Shown in pieces: positions 44,879-55,118 of a stretch of 64,000 nt of DNA. The first letter of the stretch is position 1. Every line of letters starts with the position of its first letter. Location: NCBI GenBank assembly GCA_002238865.1, contig MPNE01000012.1:22937-86936 (forward strand). The letters run 5' to 3'. The position numbers and the translations under genes are program-made. The stretch comes from Gemmatimonadetes bacterium bin94. GTDB lineage: Bacteria > Gemmatimonadota > Gemmatimonadetes > Longimicrobiales > Gaopeijiaceae. Under the pieces are notes generated by a model, which saw only the letters and a program-made list of their open reading frames with translations, was not told the origin of the DNA and ran no database searches.

Positions 44879-47800
44879 ATGAGCGACGGTCTCAAGCGGC
44901 GTGACTTCCTGAAGGTCGTCGGCGTCAGTGGTGCGGGGGCGGCGGCCGCGGGTTGCTCTACCGACAAGGTCGAGCGCCTGATCCCCTACGTGACGCCCCC
45001 GGAGGAGATTACCCCGGGGGTCGCGACGTGGTATGCGTCGGCGTGCGGCGAGTGCCCGAGCGGGTGCGGCATACGCGTCCGGACCCGCGAGGGTCGCGCG
45101 GTCATGATCGAGGGCAACCCGGACCACCCCGTCTCGCGGGGCGGAGTCTGTTCTCGCGGTGTCTCGGCGCTGCAGGGACTGTACAACCCCGATCGTGTGG
45201 CTACGCCCCTTCGTGCTGGAGCCAACGGCTTCGAGGCGATCATGTGGGACGAGGCCATGGAGCTTCTTGCGGACCAGGTGGGAACCGGTGGCCGCTCGCT
45301 GTTCCTGACGGGTCGGAAGGGGCCGACGGAAGGCGCCCTTCTGGATGACTTCGTGAATGCGGTGGGCGGTCGGCGCGTCATTCACGACGGCATGGACGAC
45401 GGCGCGTTGCGCGAGGCCACGAACATCGCGTTCGGCGTGAACACCCTGCCCCGCTACGACATCGCCGCCGCCGAATTCCTCGTGTCTTTCGGGGCCGATT
45501 TCCTGGACACCTGGCTTTCGCCCGTGAAATTCGCCGCGGACTTCGCCGAGATGCACGGCGTGGACCATGAGGAAAAGGGCCAGTTCGTGTTTGTCGGGCC
45601 GCGCCTGTCGCTGACGGGCCAGAACGCCGACGAATGGGTCCCGGCCAGGCCCGGTTCGGAGGCGCAGGTTGCGCTGGCAATCGCCGGCGAACTGGTGCGT
45701 CGTGGGGCGGATGCCGGGCCCTATACCGAAATGGTCGCCGGGTTCGGCCTGGAAGACGCGGCGGAGGCCGCGGGAGTCGAGCCCGAGGCGTTGGCCGGAC
45801 TGGCGGACCGCTTTGCCGAGCGTTCGTCGCTCGCGCTGGGGCCCGGGCTGGCAGGGCACCACGAGGGTGCCGCGGCCGCCAACCTCGCGGTCCTCATCCT
45901 GAACACCGCCGCCGGGAGCATCGGCCGGACCGTGCATATCGATGCCGTTGCCGACACGGAGGCGTCGTCGTACGGAGACTTGACAGAGGCGATCGCCGAG
46001 ATGAATGCGGGGGCCTACGGTGTCGCCGTCGTGGCGGGAACCAATCCCGCGTATTCGCTTCCCGGGGCTTCGGGATTCCGCGACGCCTTCGCTGAAGTCC
46101 CCTTCAAGGTCGCGTTCACCACCGCGCTGGACGAGACTTCGGCGATGGCCGATCTGGTTCTTCCGGACGCCCACCCGCTCGAGTCCTGGGGGGACAGCCT
46201 GCCCGCTCCGGGAGCCTATTCGGTAAGGCAGCCCGTCATGCGTCCGGTACCCCTCTACGATTCCCGCCCGATGAGCGATGTGCTCCTCGACGCGGGCCGG
46301 CGGACGGGCCATGACTTCGGCGCTGCAACCTTCCACGATTACCTGCGTTCGGCCCACGACGCCTGGCTGGCCCAAAACGGCGAGAGCGCCGGCGTCGTCG
46401 GCGACCCCAACGCGCTGTGGCGGGAGCTCCTCAGGACCGGCTCCGTGTCCTACGCGGATCTGTCGCCGAAGGTCGCGTCCCTGCAGGCGCCCACGACCGC
46501 CGTCGACTTCGGTCTGCCCGGCTTCGCGGGCGAAGGCGACCTCACGCTGCTCGTCTACCCCTCGCCGCGGTTCGGTGACGGCACTCACTCGAACCGGCCC
46601 TGGCTGCAGGAGCTGCCCGATCCGGTCTCGAAGGTGATGTGGCAGTCGTGGCTGGAGATGAATCCGGCGACGGCCGAGCGGCTCGGTTTGCGGTCGGGTC
46701 ACATCGTCAACGTCGCGTCGGCGGAGGGCTCGGTGGAACTGCAGGTGTGGGCCTACCCGGGAATCCGCGAGGACGCCGTAGCCATCGCGATGGGTGGGGG
46801 CCACACCGACTATGGCCAATTCGCCAACGGCAACGGGGTCAACCCCATGGCGCTGCTTCCGGCAACAACCGACGCGGGATCCGGGACGCTGGCGCTCGTT
46901 TCCACACGCGTCACCGTCGATGCGACAGGGGCGTGGAAGCGACTGGCCTCGACGGAAGGGTCCAGCGTTCAGGACGACCGCAACGTGACCCCGGCGGTGG
47001 CGCTTTCGGCGCTCGGCCACGGTGTCGAGGAGGGTGCCGAGGACGCGCACGATCAGTTGCGCGAGCTGCAGGAGGTCGGCGGATTCAGGCCCGTCGACAC
47101 CGAAGGGCGCGCGGAGGACTACCCGCTGCCCGGCTCCGATTTCGGGCCGTACGGCGAAGACCACCCGCGCTGGGCGATGGCGGTGGACCTTGACAAGTGC
47201 ACGGGCTGCGGCGCGTGCATCACGGCGTGCCAGGCGGAAAACAACATTCCGTGGGTCGGCGAGATTCAGGCCACCAACGGGCGCGAGATGCACTGGCTCC
47301 GGATGGAGCGGTACTACGAGACCGTGGACGCGTCGCACTCCGGTCCGGTGGATATTCGTTACCTGCCGATGCTGTGCCAGCACTGCAACAACGCCCCGTG
47401 CGAGCCTGTCTGTCCGGTGTTCGCGGCCTACCACACGCCGGACGGCCTGAACGCCCAGGCGTACAACCGCTGCGTGGGGACGCGCTACTGCGCCAACAAC
47501 TGTCCGTACAAGGTCCGCGTCTTCAACTGGTACCGGTACACGTCCGAGAACATCCCGGAGCCGATGAACTGGCAGTTCAACCCCGACGTGACCGTCAGGG
47601 ACAACGGCGTGATGGAGAAGTGCACATTCTGCGTGCAACGGATCAGGGAGGCCGGGAACCGGGCGGCGGTGGAGGGACGCGAAGTGCGGGACGGCGAGGT
47701 GAGGACCGCGTGCCAGAGCGTTTGCGCCGCGGATGTCATCACCTTCGGGAACATCAAGGACCCGCAGTCGCGCGTCGCGGCGGTCGCGAGGGACGAACGG

Positions 47801-47896
47801 GCCTACCGGGTGCTGGACGAGATCATCAACACGCAGCCGGCGGTCCACTACCTCAAGAAGGTCACGCATCACGACGTGGACGAGGGCGGGCACTAG
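44879..47896 (+). CDS. actB: Alternative Complex III subunit ActB (molybdopterin-oxidoreductase-like domain fused to a 4Fe-4S ferredoxin domain)
   Basis: ATG 44879. It has the Tat motif RRDFLK and an N-terminal CGECPSGCG cluster. The C-terminal part has CTGCGACITAC, CQHCNNAPCEPVCP, CVGTRYCANNCPY and CTFCVQRI. Confidence 0.85.
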   Translation: MSDGLKRRDFLKVVGVSGAGAAAAGCSTDKVERLIPYVTPPEEITPGVATWYASACGECPSGCGIRVRTREGRAVMIEGNPDHPVSRGGVCSRGVSALQGLYNPDRVATPLRAGANGFEAIMWDEAMELLADQVGTGGRSLFLTGRKGPTEGALLDDFVNAVGGRRVIHDGMDDGALREATNIAFGVNTLPRYDIAAAEFLVSFGADFLDTWLSPVKFAADFAEMHGVDHEEKGQFVFVGPRLSLTGQNADEWVPARPGSEAQVALAIAGELVRRGADAGPYTEMVAGFGLEDAAEAAGVEPEALAGLADRFAERSSLALGPGLAGHHEGAAAANLAVLILNTAAGSIGRTVHIDAVADTEASSYGDLTEAIAEMNAGAYGVAVVAGTNPAYSLPGASGFRDAFAEVPFKVAFTTALDETSAMADLVLPDAHPLESWGDSLPAPGAYSVRQPVMRPVPLYDSRPMSDVLLDAGRRTGHDFGAATFHDYLRSAHDAWLAQNGESAGVVGDPNALWRELLRTGSVSYADLSPKVASLQAPTTAVDFGLPGFAGEGDLTLLVYPSPRFGDGTHSNRPWLQELPDPVSKVMWQSWLEMNPATAERLGLRSGHIVNVASAEGSVELQVWAYPGIREDAVAIAMGGGHTDYGQFANGNGVNPMALLPATTDAGSGTLALVSTRVTVDATGAWKRLASTEGSSVQDDRNVTPAVALSALGHGVEEGAEDAHDQLRELQEVGGFRPVDTEGRAEDYPLPGSDFGPYGEDHPRWAMAVDLDKCTGCGACITACQAENNIPWVGEIQATNGREMHWLRMERYYETVDASHSGPVDIRYLPMLCQHCNNAPCEPVCPVFAAYHTPDGLNAQAYNRCVGTRYCANNCPYKVRVFNWYRYTSENIPEPMNWQFNPDVTVRDNGVMEKCTFCVQRIREAGNRAAVEGREVRDGEVRTACQSVCAADVITFGNIKDPQSRVAAVARDERAYRVLDEIINTQPAVHYLKKVTHHDVDEGGH

Positions 47897-47899
47897 GCG

Positions 47900-49270
47900 A
47901 TGGCCACCGCTGACCTGACGAGCCGGGGCGCGCTCCCGAACCCCGACGTGCAGAAGTACGAGGACGTCAACCGCGATGTCCTCAAGGTTCTCGGCAGGCC
48001 CGGCAAGGGATGGTGGGTGCTCTTCTCGATTGCTGCCGCGGGGGTGGGACTGTTCCTGACCTCCTGGTTCTACCAGATCTACAAGGGACTCGGCGTCTCC
48101 GGGCTGAATGCGCCGGTGGGGTGGGGCGTCTACATCACCACCTTCGTGTTCTGGGTCGGTATCGCGCACTCGGGCACGCTGATTTCGGCGATCCTTTTCC
48201 TGTTCCGTGCTCCATGGCGGCAGGCGATCTACCGTGCCTCGGAGGCGATGACCGTCTTCGCGGTCATGACGGCCGGCCTCTTCCCGTTGATCCACGTGGG
48301 CCGGGTGTGGCACGCCTACTGGCTGGTCCCCTACCCCAACTCGCGCTTCCTGTGGCCGAACTTCAGGTCGCCGCTGGTGTGGGACGTCTTTGCGATCACG
48401 ACCTACTTCACGGTGTCCGCGGTCTTCTTCTACCTGGGCACGATTCCCGATCTGGCGGCGGCGCGGGACCATGCGCGCGGCCTGAGGAAGAAGTTCTACC
48501 AGATCATCTCGCTGGGCTGGCGGGGGACCGACCGCGAGTGGCACCACTTCTCGAAGGCGTACATCTACCTGGCCGCGCTCGCCACGCCCCTGGTGCTGTC
48601 CGTGCACTCCGTGGTGTCGTGGGACTTCGCCATGGCGATCGTTCCCGGGTGGCACACGACGATCTTCGCGCCGTATTTCGTGGCCGGCGCGATCTTCTCG
48701 GGGGTGGGCCTCGTCATCACGCTGGCGGTTCCAATGAGGAAGTTCTTCGGCCTGGAGGACTACCTCACGGTCAAGCACTTCGAAGCGATGGCCAAGTTGT
48801 GCATGCTGACCAGCGCCATCGTCCTCTACGCGTACCTTACCGAGTTTTTCCTGGCGTGGTACTCGGCCGAGCCACCGGAACGCGGCTCGTTCTGGAACCG
48901 TGCATTCGGCCATTACTGGTGGGCGACCTGGATCATGCTGACGTGCAACGGACTGGTGCCGCTGATGCTGTGGTTCAAGCGGGTGCGAACGTCGATTTCG
49001 GCGTTGTTCGCGATCTCGATCTTCATCAACATCGGGATGTGGTTCGAGCGCTACGTGATCATCGTGACATCGCTGTCGCACGAGTATGAACCGTGGGCGT
49101 GGGGTCTGTACCGGCCGTCGGTCGTCGAGATGGGCATCCTGATCGGGAGTTTTGCGTGGTTCGGCTTCTGGTTCCTTCTCTTCACGCGACTACTGCCGCC
49201 GGTAGCGATCGCCGAGATGAAAGAGGTGGTCCCGCCCCCGTTGCGGCGCCGCAAGGAGGCCGTGCAATGA
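47900..49270 (+). CDS. actC: Alternative Complex III subunit ActC (NrfD/PsrC-like quinol-interacting membrane subunit)
   Basis: Polytopic membrane protein of the NrfD type, in the expected position after actB. Confidence 0.85.
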   Translation: MATADLTSRGALPNPDVQKYEDVNRDVLKVLGRPGKGWWVLFSIAAAGVGLFLTSWFYQIYKGLGVSGLNAPVGWGVYITTFVFWVGIAHSGTLISAILFLFRAPWRQAIYRASEAMTVFAVMTAGLFPLIHVGRVWHAYWLVPYPNSRFLWPNFRSPLVWDVFAITTYFTVSAVFFYLGTIPDLAAARDHARGLRKKFYQIISLGWRGTDREWHHFSKAYIYLAALATPLVLSVHSVVSWDFAMAIVPGWHTTIFAPYFVAGAIFSGVGLVITLAVPMRKFFGLEDYLTVKHFEAMAKLCMLTSAIVLYAYLTEFFLAWYSAEPPERGSFWNRAFGHYWWATWIMLTCNGLVPLMLWFKRVRTSISALFAISIFINIGMWFERYVIIVTSLSHEYEPWAWGLYRPSVVEMGILIGSFAWFGFWFLLFTRLLPPVAIAEMKEVVPPPLRRRKEAVQ

Positions 49271-49812
49271 TCGGAGCGAAACGGCGCCAGGGACATCGCG
49301 GCTTCTTCGCCCTGTTCGAGCACCTCGATTCGACAATCGAGGCCTGCAAGGCGCTCAGGGGCGCGGGGTACAAGGGCTTCCGCGCCTATGCGCCCCTTCC
49401 GGAGCACGATTTGCTGGAGGAGGGGCTGGCGCTGAAGCACAGTCCCGTGCGGGTGTTTACACTGGCAGGGGGGCTGACCGGAGCGGCAACGGGCTTCGCC
49501 TTCACCGCCTGGACGTCCATGGACTGGCCTCTCGTGACGGGCGGCAAGCCGATCCTGTCGATGCCGGCGTACGTGGTCATCGCCTTCGAGTGTGCGATCC
49601 TCTTCGGGGCGCTGTCGACCGTGATCGGCCTCTTCATCAACGCCGGGCTGCCGAATTTCCGTAGGATGGTCGCCTATCACCCGGAGTGCTCAAACGGCTC
49701 GTTCGGCGTATACGTCACCGCGCCGCATGCGAGGGCGGAGACGGTCAGGGAACTCCTGACCGGTTTCGAGCCCTCTGAACTGCGGGAAGATCCGGAGGGG
49801 TTCGATGTCTAG
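49267..49812 (+). CDS. actD: Alternative Complex III subunit ActD (DUF3341-type membrane protein)
   Basis: ATG 49267 overlaps the actC stop in ATGA. It has a soluble N-terminal domain (FALFEHLDSTIEACKALRGAGY) and two TM helices. Confidence 0.75.
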   Translation: MIGAKRRQGHRGFFALFEHLDSTIEACKALRGAGYKGFRAYAPLPEHDLLEEGLALKHSPVRVFTLAGGLTGAATGFAFTAWTSMDWPLVTGGKPILSMPAYVVIAFECAILFGALSTVIGLFINAGLPNFRRMVAYHPECSNGSFGVYVTAPHARAETVRELLTGFEPSELREDPEGFDV

Positions 49813-50491
49813 CCGTCGCCCTGAGGCGAGCGCAGGGGCGCGGAGGCCAGGCGCAGGCAAGGGGCGGCTTCCCGCCGGGACGATCATCGCGCTGGCGCTT
49901 GCCGGACTGGGGGCCGGTGCATGTGTGCCCCTCGACGACTTCATGGGCGAGGTCTTCGGGCGCAGCATGCGGGACCAGCCGTCCTTCGATCCGTACGAGA
50001 ACACACTGCTGCCGCCGGAGGGGACCGTGCCGCTGTCGGCCGGGAACTACCCGGCGGGATTCCATGAAGTGAATGTGGGGCAGCCGGAGGGCAGCACGGA
50101 CGTGCCTCCGCCCTTCACCGAGCTCGACATGGCCGACAATCCGGTAGTTGTGGACAGTCTTACCAATCCCGTGCCCGCCACGCCCGAGTCGCTGGCACGC
50201 GGGGAGCAGCTGTACGAGCGCGTCTGCATCGTCTGCCACGGGCCCGACGGCTCCGGAACGACCGGCTACATCTACGAGGTGCACCCGACGATGGCCGCGC
50301 ACCCGCTCCAGGGCGACGTGGCCAGGGCTCGAAGCGACGGGTACATCTACGGAATAATCCGGGTCGGGCGCGTCCTGATGCCCGCGTACGGGCACCAGAT
50401 CGCCCACTACGACCGGTGGCACATCGTCAACTACGTGCGCCAACTGCAGGGGCTGGGGGCAGGCGTCACCGACGGCGAGGCCGCGAACTGA
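49805..50491 (+). CDS. actE: Alternative Complex III subunit ActE (monohaem cytochrome c)
   Basis: It has a single CIVCH haem motif and a lipobox-like GAGAC, and it overlaps the actD stop. Confidence 0.75.
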   Translation: MSSRRPEASAGARRPGAGKGRLPAGTIIALALAGLGAGACVPLDDFMGEVFGRSMRDQPSFDPYENTLLPPEGTVPLSAGNYPAGFHEVNVGQPEGSTDVPPPFTELDMADNPVVVDSLTNPVPATPESLARGEQLYERVCIVCHGPDGSGTTGYIYEVHPTMAAHPLQGDVARARSDGYIYGIIRVGRVLMPAYGHQIAHYDRWHIVNYVRQLQGLGAGVTDGEAAN

Positions 50492-50492
50492 C

Positions 50493-51788
50493 ATGGCCCA
50501 CCACTCGATACCCCGCGAGGTCCCGCTCCGTTATCTGGGGCGTGGCACCATGGCCACGATGGTTTTGCGGCTCATGGTGTTCGTTGGCGTGCTGTCGTTC
50601 TTCGTCACCCTGTCGAGGGATTCGGCGCTGGCGTGGAAGTCCTACGTCGTCAACTGGAACTACTTCGCCTCGATCGCCCTGGGCGGTGTGATCGTCGCGG
50701 CGGTCACGTGGATCACGAAGGCGAAGTGGAACTGGTCGGTGCGGCGCATACACCACTCCTTCGCGGCGTATCTGCCCATTGCCTTCGTCCTCTTCGTGCC
50801 CATGCTGCTCAACCTGCGGGCGGACTACTTCCCGTGGATCGAGATGATGGCCGACGATCCGATCGTGCAGAAGAAGGCGGCCTACCTGAACGTCCCCTTC
50901 CTGGTGAGCCGGAACCTCGTGGGGGTGGCGGCACTCTTCGCGATGGCCTGTGGCTTCGTGTACCTGGCGGTGCGGCCCGACCTGGGCCGTGCAGGGGCGG
51001 CGCGGACGGCGGTCGAGCGCGAGAAGAAGCGCAGTTGGTGGCACCAGCAGTTCACGCGCGGATGGGTGGGGCAAGCGGCTGAAGAAGACCGCAGCTATCA
51101 TCGCATGGCACGCATGGCTCCCCTGCTGGTCATCGTATACGCGACCGTGATGACCATGCTGTCCTTCGACTGGGCCATGTCGCTCGAGCCGCACTGGTTC
51201 TCGACCATTTTCGGTGCCTGGTTCTTCATGGGCGCGCTCTGGGGCGGCTTTGCGGGGACGGCGGTCGCGGCGGTGTGGCTGAAGCGCAGGGACCGGGTCT
51301 TCAGCGAGCACGTGGGGCGGTCCACGCTCTGGGATCTGGGCAAGCTCACCTTCGCCTTTGCGGTGTTCTGGACCTACCTGTTCTGGTCGCAGTACATCGT
51401 GATCTGGTACGGGAAGCTTCCGTGGGAGCAGGCGTGGATCAACACGCGGGCGGGCGATCCGTGGGGCGGTCTCTCGGCGCTGGTGATCGTACTGTGCTTC
51501 GTCGCGCCGTTTGCGGGGCTGCTGGGTGCGCGGCCGAAGAAGACGCCGCTCATCTTGCAGGGTTTCGCCACGGTGGTCCTGACCGGGCTGTGGCTGTGGC
51601 ACTACATGCTGATCTTCCCGTCGCTGCACCATGAGGGGGACGTGGTGTTCTCGGTGTGGACGCCGGCGATCGGGCTGATGTTCCTGGGCCTGTTCCTGAT
51701 GGCGGTGCGGTGGTTCCTGGGGACGTTCCCGGCGGTGCAGATGTGGCAGCCGCCGGTGGATCCCGAGCCGCTGGAGGCGGAGGGGTAG
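50493..51788 (+). CDS. actF: Alternative Complex III subunit ActF (NrfD-related membrane subunit)
   Basis: Polytopic membrane protein that starts 2 nt after the actE stop. It is the last gene of the cluster. Confidence 0.75.
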   Translation: MAHHSIPREVPLRYLGRGTMATMVLRLMVFVGVLSFFVTLSRDSALAWKSYVVNWNYFASIALGGVIVAAVTWITKAKWNWSVRRIHHSFAAYLPIAFVLFVPMLLNLRADYFPWIEMMADDPIVQKKAAYLNVPFLVSRNLVGVAALFAMACGFVYLAVRPDLGRAGAARTAVEREKKRSWWHQQFTRGWVGQAAEEDRSYHRMARMAPLLVIVYATVMTMLSFDWAMSLEPHWFSTIFGAWFFMGALWGGFAGTAVAAVWLKRRDRVFSEHVGRSTLWDLGKLTFAFAVFWTYLFWSQYIVIWYGKLPWEQAWINTRAGDPWGGLSALVIVLCFVAPFAGLLGARPKKTPLILQGFATVVLTGLWLWHYMLIFPSLHHEGDVVFSVWTPAIGLMFLGLFLMAVRWFLGTFPAVQMWQPPVDPEPLEAEG

Positions 51789-51831
51789 GATCCGGGGGGA
51801 GGCGACGGCCGGACTGGCCGTGTCGGTGTCG

Positions 51832-53124
51832 CTAGGAGGAACCCGGCGCCTCGGCGCTGACCGCCGGCAGGATCCGATCCCGCCACGCGACCCAGCTGGA
51901 CAGTTCCGGCGACTCGTGCAGCGTCCACCCGTTGAACACCGTGATCAGGTCGTATTCGGGAATGACGTGCAGGAACTGGCCCCCGTAACCGTTGGCGGCG
52001 AACACCGTCGCCTTGCCGTCTTCGTGGAGTGGCACCCACCACTGGTACCCGTATCCCGTGTCCGCGCGATCGTTGTCCGGATTGACGTCCGGGACGACCG
52101 GCGACGTCGACGCCTGCACCCACTCCCGCGACACGATCTGGCGACCATCCCACACGCCGCCGCGCAACATCAGGTAGCCGATGCGGGCGAGGTCGTGGGT
52201 GGACAGGTAAAGCCCGCCCTCGGAGTCGATTTCGCCACCCGGCGTGACCTTCCAGTAGAAGTCGTCGATCCCGACGGGCTCGAATAGGTGTTGCCGCGCC
52301 CAGAGATCCAGCCGCTGTCCGGTCGCCTCGCGCACGATCTTCCCGAGGAGGACGCTCACGCCGTCGTTGTAGTCGAAGCGGGTGCCGGGGTCGGTTCCCA
52401 CGGGACGGCCGACCACGTAGTCGATCCAGGCGTCGCTGGCTTCGAGGACCACCGTCGGATGCGTGTCGTCGTCGTAGGTCTCCCCCGGGATCGCCCAGTC
52501 GATCCCGCTGCGCATCGTGAGAAAGTCCTCCAGGGAAGTACCCGCGCGGCGTGGATCGGACAGGTCGGCGCCATGGGCTTCGAAATACGGCCACGCCGGC
52601 GCGTCCACGCCCGGGATGTGTCCGGCGTCCACCGCGATCCCGAAAGCGACCGACAATACGCTCTTGGTGACGGACTGGAGGGAATGAAGGTGCGTATCGC
52701 GGTACAGCGGGTGCCAGGAGGGATGGTCGTAGTTGAACTGGTGATCGACGGTGTCTTCCTGAGCCGCGAGGAGCTCCGCATACGCCTCGCCGTGGTCCCA
52801 GTGATGGTCGGCGATCACCCGGCCGTGACGGATCAGGAGGAGGTGGTCGATGAGGCCGTAACGCCCGGCATCGATGTCGGCCACCAGCGCATCGATCGCG
52901 GCAGGGTCCACGCCTTCGGCCTCCGGGGTGGAAACGGGCCATTCCTCACCGGGCCAGCCGGGCTCGTCCGAAGCCCCGGACCCGTGCGGGTCGCCTGGGG
53001 CACACGCCGCGATGAGCACCAGCGCCGTGAGCACCGGTCCCGTGTGCCGTCGGTTGGGGGTGTGGTGGTCCCGGGGGGCCGCGGCGCGACCGGTTCGCCG
53101 TGTGGGGATTCGTCTCGTCGCCAT
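51832..53124 (-). CDS. Serine hydrolase, beta-lactamase / class C family
   Basis: SxxK motif SVTK in LHSLQSVTKSVLSVAFG, and an N-terminal signal/lipobox-like LIAACAPG. An alternative start is at 53154. Confidence 0.75.
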   Translation of the reverse strand: MATRRIPTRRTGRAAAPRDHHTPNRRHTGPVLTALVLIAACAPGDPHGSGASDEPGWPGEEWPVSTPEAEGVDPAAIDALVADIDAGRYGLIDHLLLIRHGRVIADHHWDHGEAYAELLAAQEDTVDHQFNYDHPSWHPLYRDTHLHSLQSVTKSVLSVAFGIAVDAGHIPGVDAPAWPYFEAHGADLSDPRRAGTSLEDFLTMRSGIDWAIPGETYDDDTHPTVVLEASDAWIDYVVGRPVGTDPGTRFDYNDGVSVLLGKIVREATGQRLDLWARQHLFEPVGIDDFYWKVTPGGEIDSEGGLYLSTHDLARIGYLMLRGGVWDGRQIVSREWVQASTSPVVPDVNPDNDRADTGYGYQWWVPLHEDGKATVFAANGYGGQFLHVIPEYDLITVFNGWTLHESPELSSWVAWRDRILPAVSAEAPGSS

Positions 53125-53169
53125 TTTGCTCCTCGTTTTGGTGAACGTCCGCATTGGCCCCGGCCCGCG

Positions 53170-53904
53170 TCAGGTCCCGGATGATTCCCGGTCGATCCGG
53201 TTCCGCACTTCGTACCCCATCGATCGGATCAGGCGTGCCTCGTGGGCGTCCAGTGTTGTGCGGCCGAAGACGGTGCGGACCGTTCTCATCACGCTCTCGG
53301 CCTTTCGCGCCTTGAAGAAGTCGACACGGTCCAGTCCCTGCTCGAGCGCTCCGAACATTTCCTCCATTTCCCCGTGGGTGGCGGGGCCCAGCGAGCGCTT
53401 GCCCACAGGCAGGCTCTCGGCCTCTCCGGCGCCGGCGAGAAAGAGCTCGTAGGCGATGAGGAGCACGGCCTGGGCCAGGTTCAGCGACGAATACTCCTGC
53501 GCGGTGGGGATGACCGCAACCTCGTCGCAGCGGTCGAGGGCTTCATTGGAGAGCCCGCGGTCCTCCCGTCCGAAAACGATGGCCACATTCCCCTCCCCGG
53601 CACGCCGTAGGATACGCGGGGCGAGCTCACGCGGCCGACGGTAGTTCCGCTGCGCGGTGCGCGGGCGGGCGGACGTGCCGACGACGTAGGTGGCGTCGGC
53701 GAGTGCTTCCTCCAGTGATCCGGCCCGCTCCACGGATTCGACGATGTGCTCGGTACGATGTGCGATCCCCGTGATCCGCCAGGGGTCGAACTCGGCCGGG
53801 TTCACCACGGTGAGCCGCCGGAGTCCCATGTTGGCCATCGCCCGGACGGCCGCCGCGATGTTCACCAGGTCCTGGGGCTCGTGGAGGACGATGCTCAGCC
53901 TCAT
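53170..53904 (-). CDS. trmJ: SpoU/TrmH-class RNA 2'-O-methyltransferase, TrmJ-like
   Basis: ATG 53904. Motifs: MRLSIVLHEPQDLVNIAAAVRAMANMG, VAIVFGREDRGLSNE and VIPTAQEYSSLNLAQAVLLIAYE. Its start overlaps the stop of the MFS gene. Confidence 0.8.
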   Translation of the reverse strand: MRLSIVLHEPQDLVNIAAAVRAMANMGLRRLTVVNPAEFDPWRITGIAHRTEHIVESVERAGSLEEALADATYVVGTSARPRTAQRNYRRPRELAPRILRRAGEGNVAIVFGREDRGLSNEALDRCDEVAVIPTAQEYSSLNLAQAVLLIAYELFLAGAGEAESLPVGKRSLGPATHGEMEEMFGALEQGLDRVDFFKARKAESVMRTVRTVFGRTTLDAHEARLIRSMGYEVRNRIDRESSGT

Positions 53905-55112
53905 GCGGGGGCGTCCTCGGGTTGGACGAGGCCCGCCGTCACCACTGTCGCCATGGCGATCAGGAGTGCGCCGGCAAGATACGGGAATGCGAGGCGGACA
54001 TCGAAAAGAGCTCCGGCCATGGTCGGCCCCATCACCCTGGCAAGCGACCCGACGCTCTGGCCGATGCCCAGTACCGCGCCCTGCCGCTCGGGGTCTGCCG
54101 CGCGCGAGAGGAGGCCCAGCGCGCTCGGAACCGCGCCGCCGTAGCCGATGCCGATCAGGATCAGTCCAGCCAGCAGGACGGGTGTGGTGGAGGAAAGGCC
54201 CACGAGGATGAGGCCGAGGGCGAACGGGAACGCACTCGTCCTGAGAAGCCGGCGTTCGCCGAGGCGCGGGACGAGTCTCCGCACGATGCCGCCCTGCACG
54301 ATCACCGACACGATGCCGAGAAGAGCGAAGAGGTAGCCTGCCTGGCGCGCCCCCATCGCGAACCGCTCCGACGACAGCAGTGACAGGGTCGGTTGCAGGG
54401 TGGAGAAGGCCATGGTGATGCAAAGGTAGCCGAGGAGGGTGATCCGGATCTGCCGGGACGACCGGGCCTGGTCCAGGGCAGCGCGAAAGTCGAAGCGGGA
54501 GGTGGTGCCGGCTGAGCCGCGGGGCCGCGTTTCGGGGAGCAGGACGAGCGCAGCCAGTGCGTTGACGAGGCACAGGGCGGCAGCGGTGTATCCGGGGGCG
54601 GTGGGGGCGCCTGGCGACACCCCGGACAGGAACCCGCCGAGGGCCGGTCCGACTACGAAGCCGAGTCCGAACGCGGCGCCGATCAGTCCCATGTTCCCGG
54701 CCCTCCGGGAAGGGGGTGTCACATCGGCGATGTAGGCCTGGGCCACGGGGATGGTCGACCCCCCGATTCCCCCCACGATCCGGGACAGGAAAAGCATGGC
54801 CAGCGAATCGGCGCGCGCGAAGACGACGTACGCAAGCGCGCTTCCGAGCAGCCCCAGAACGAGCACCGGACGGCGTCCCAGGCGGTCGGAGACGCGTCCC
54901 CAGAGTGGCGCCATGACGAACTGGACCGCCGAGTACACGGTGACGAGGAGCCCGACCTGGAGGCCGTCGGCGCCGAAGTCCCGCGCGTAGAAGGGGAGCA
55001 GCGGCAGGACGATCCCGAAGCCGATGAGATCGACGAGCACGGCAAGGAACAGGACGCCCAGGCGACCCCGCCCGGAAGCGTCGCCGGTGGAGTGCAGCGG
55101 GGTTTCTGCCAC
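53901..55112 (-). CDS. MFS transporter (DHA1 / tetracycline-efflux-like)
   Basis: GTG start. Motifs: LPLLPFYARDFGA, WGRVSDRLGRRPVL (the MFS loop 2-3 motif), and 12 TM-like segments. Confidence 0.85.
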   Translation of the reverse strand: MAETPLHSTGDASGRGRLGVLFLAVLVDLIGFGIVLPLLPFYARDFGADGLQVGLLVTVYSAVQFVMAPLWGRVSDRLGRRPVLVLGLLGSALAYVVFARADSLAMLFLSRIVGGIGGSTIPVAQAYIADVTPPSRRAGNMGLIGAAFGLGFVVGPALGGFLSGVSPGAPTAPGYTAAALCLVNALAALVLLPETRPRGSAGTTSRFDFRAALDQARSSRQIRITLLGYLCITMAFSTLQPTLSLLSSERFAMGARQAGYLFALLGIVSVIVQGGIVRRLVPRLGERRLLRTSAFPFALGLILVGLSSTTPVLLAGLILIGIGYGGAVPSALGLLSRAADPERQGAVLGIGQSVGSLARVMGPTMAGALFDVRLAFPYLAGALLIAMATVVTAGLVQPEDAPA

Positions 55113-55118
55113 GGACCG

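Noticed and set aside
44789-49081. A 1430-aa minus-strand ORF antisense to actB/actC
   Set aside because: It has no recognisable domains and a junk-like Arg/Pro/Gly-rich composition. The plus strand encodes unmistakable ACIII subunits. It is a high-GC antisense artefact.
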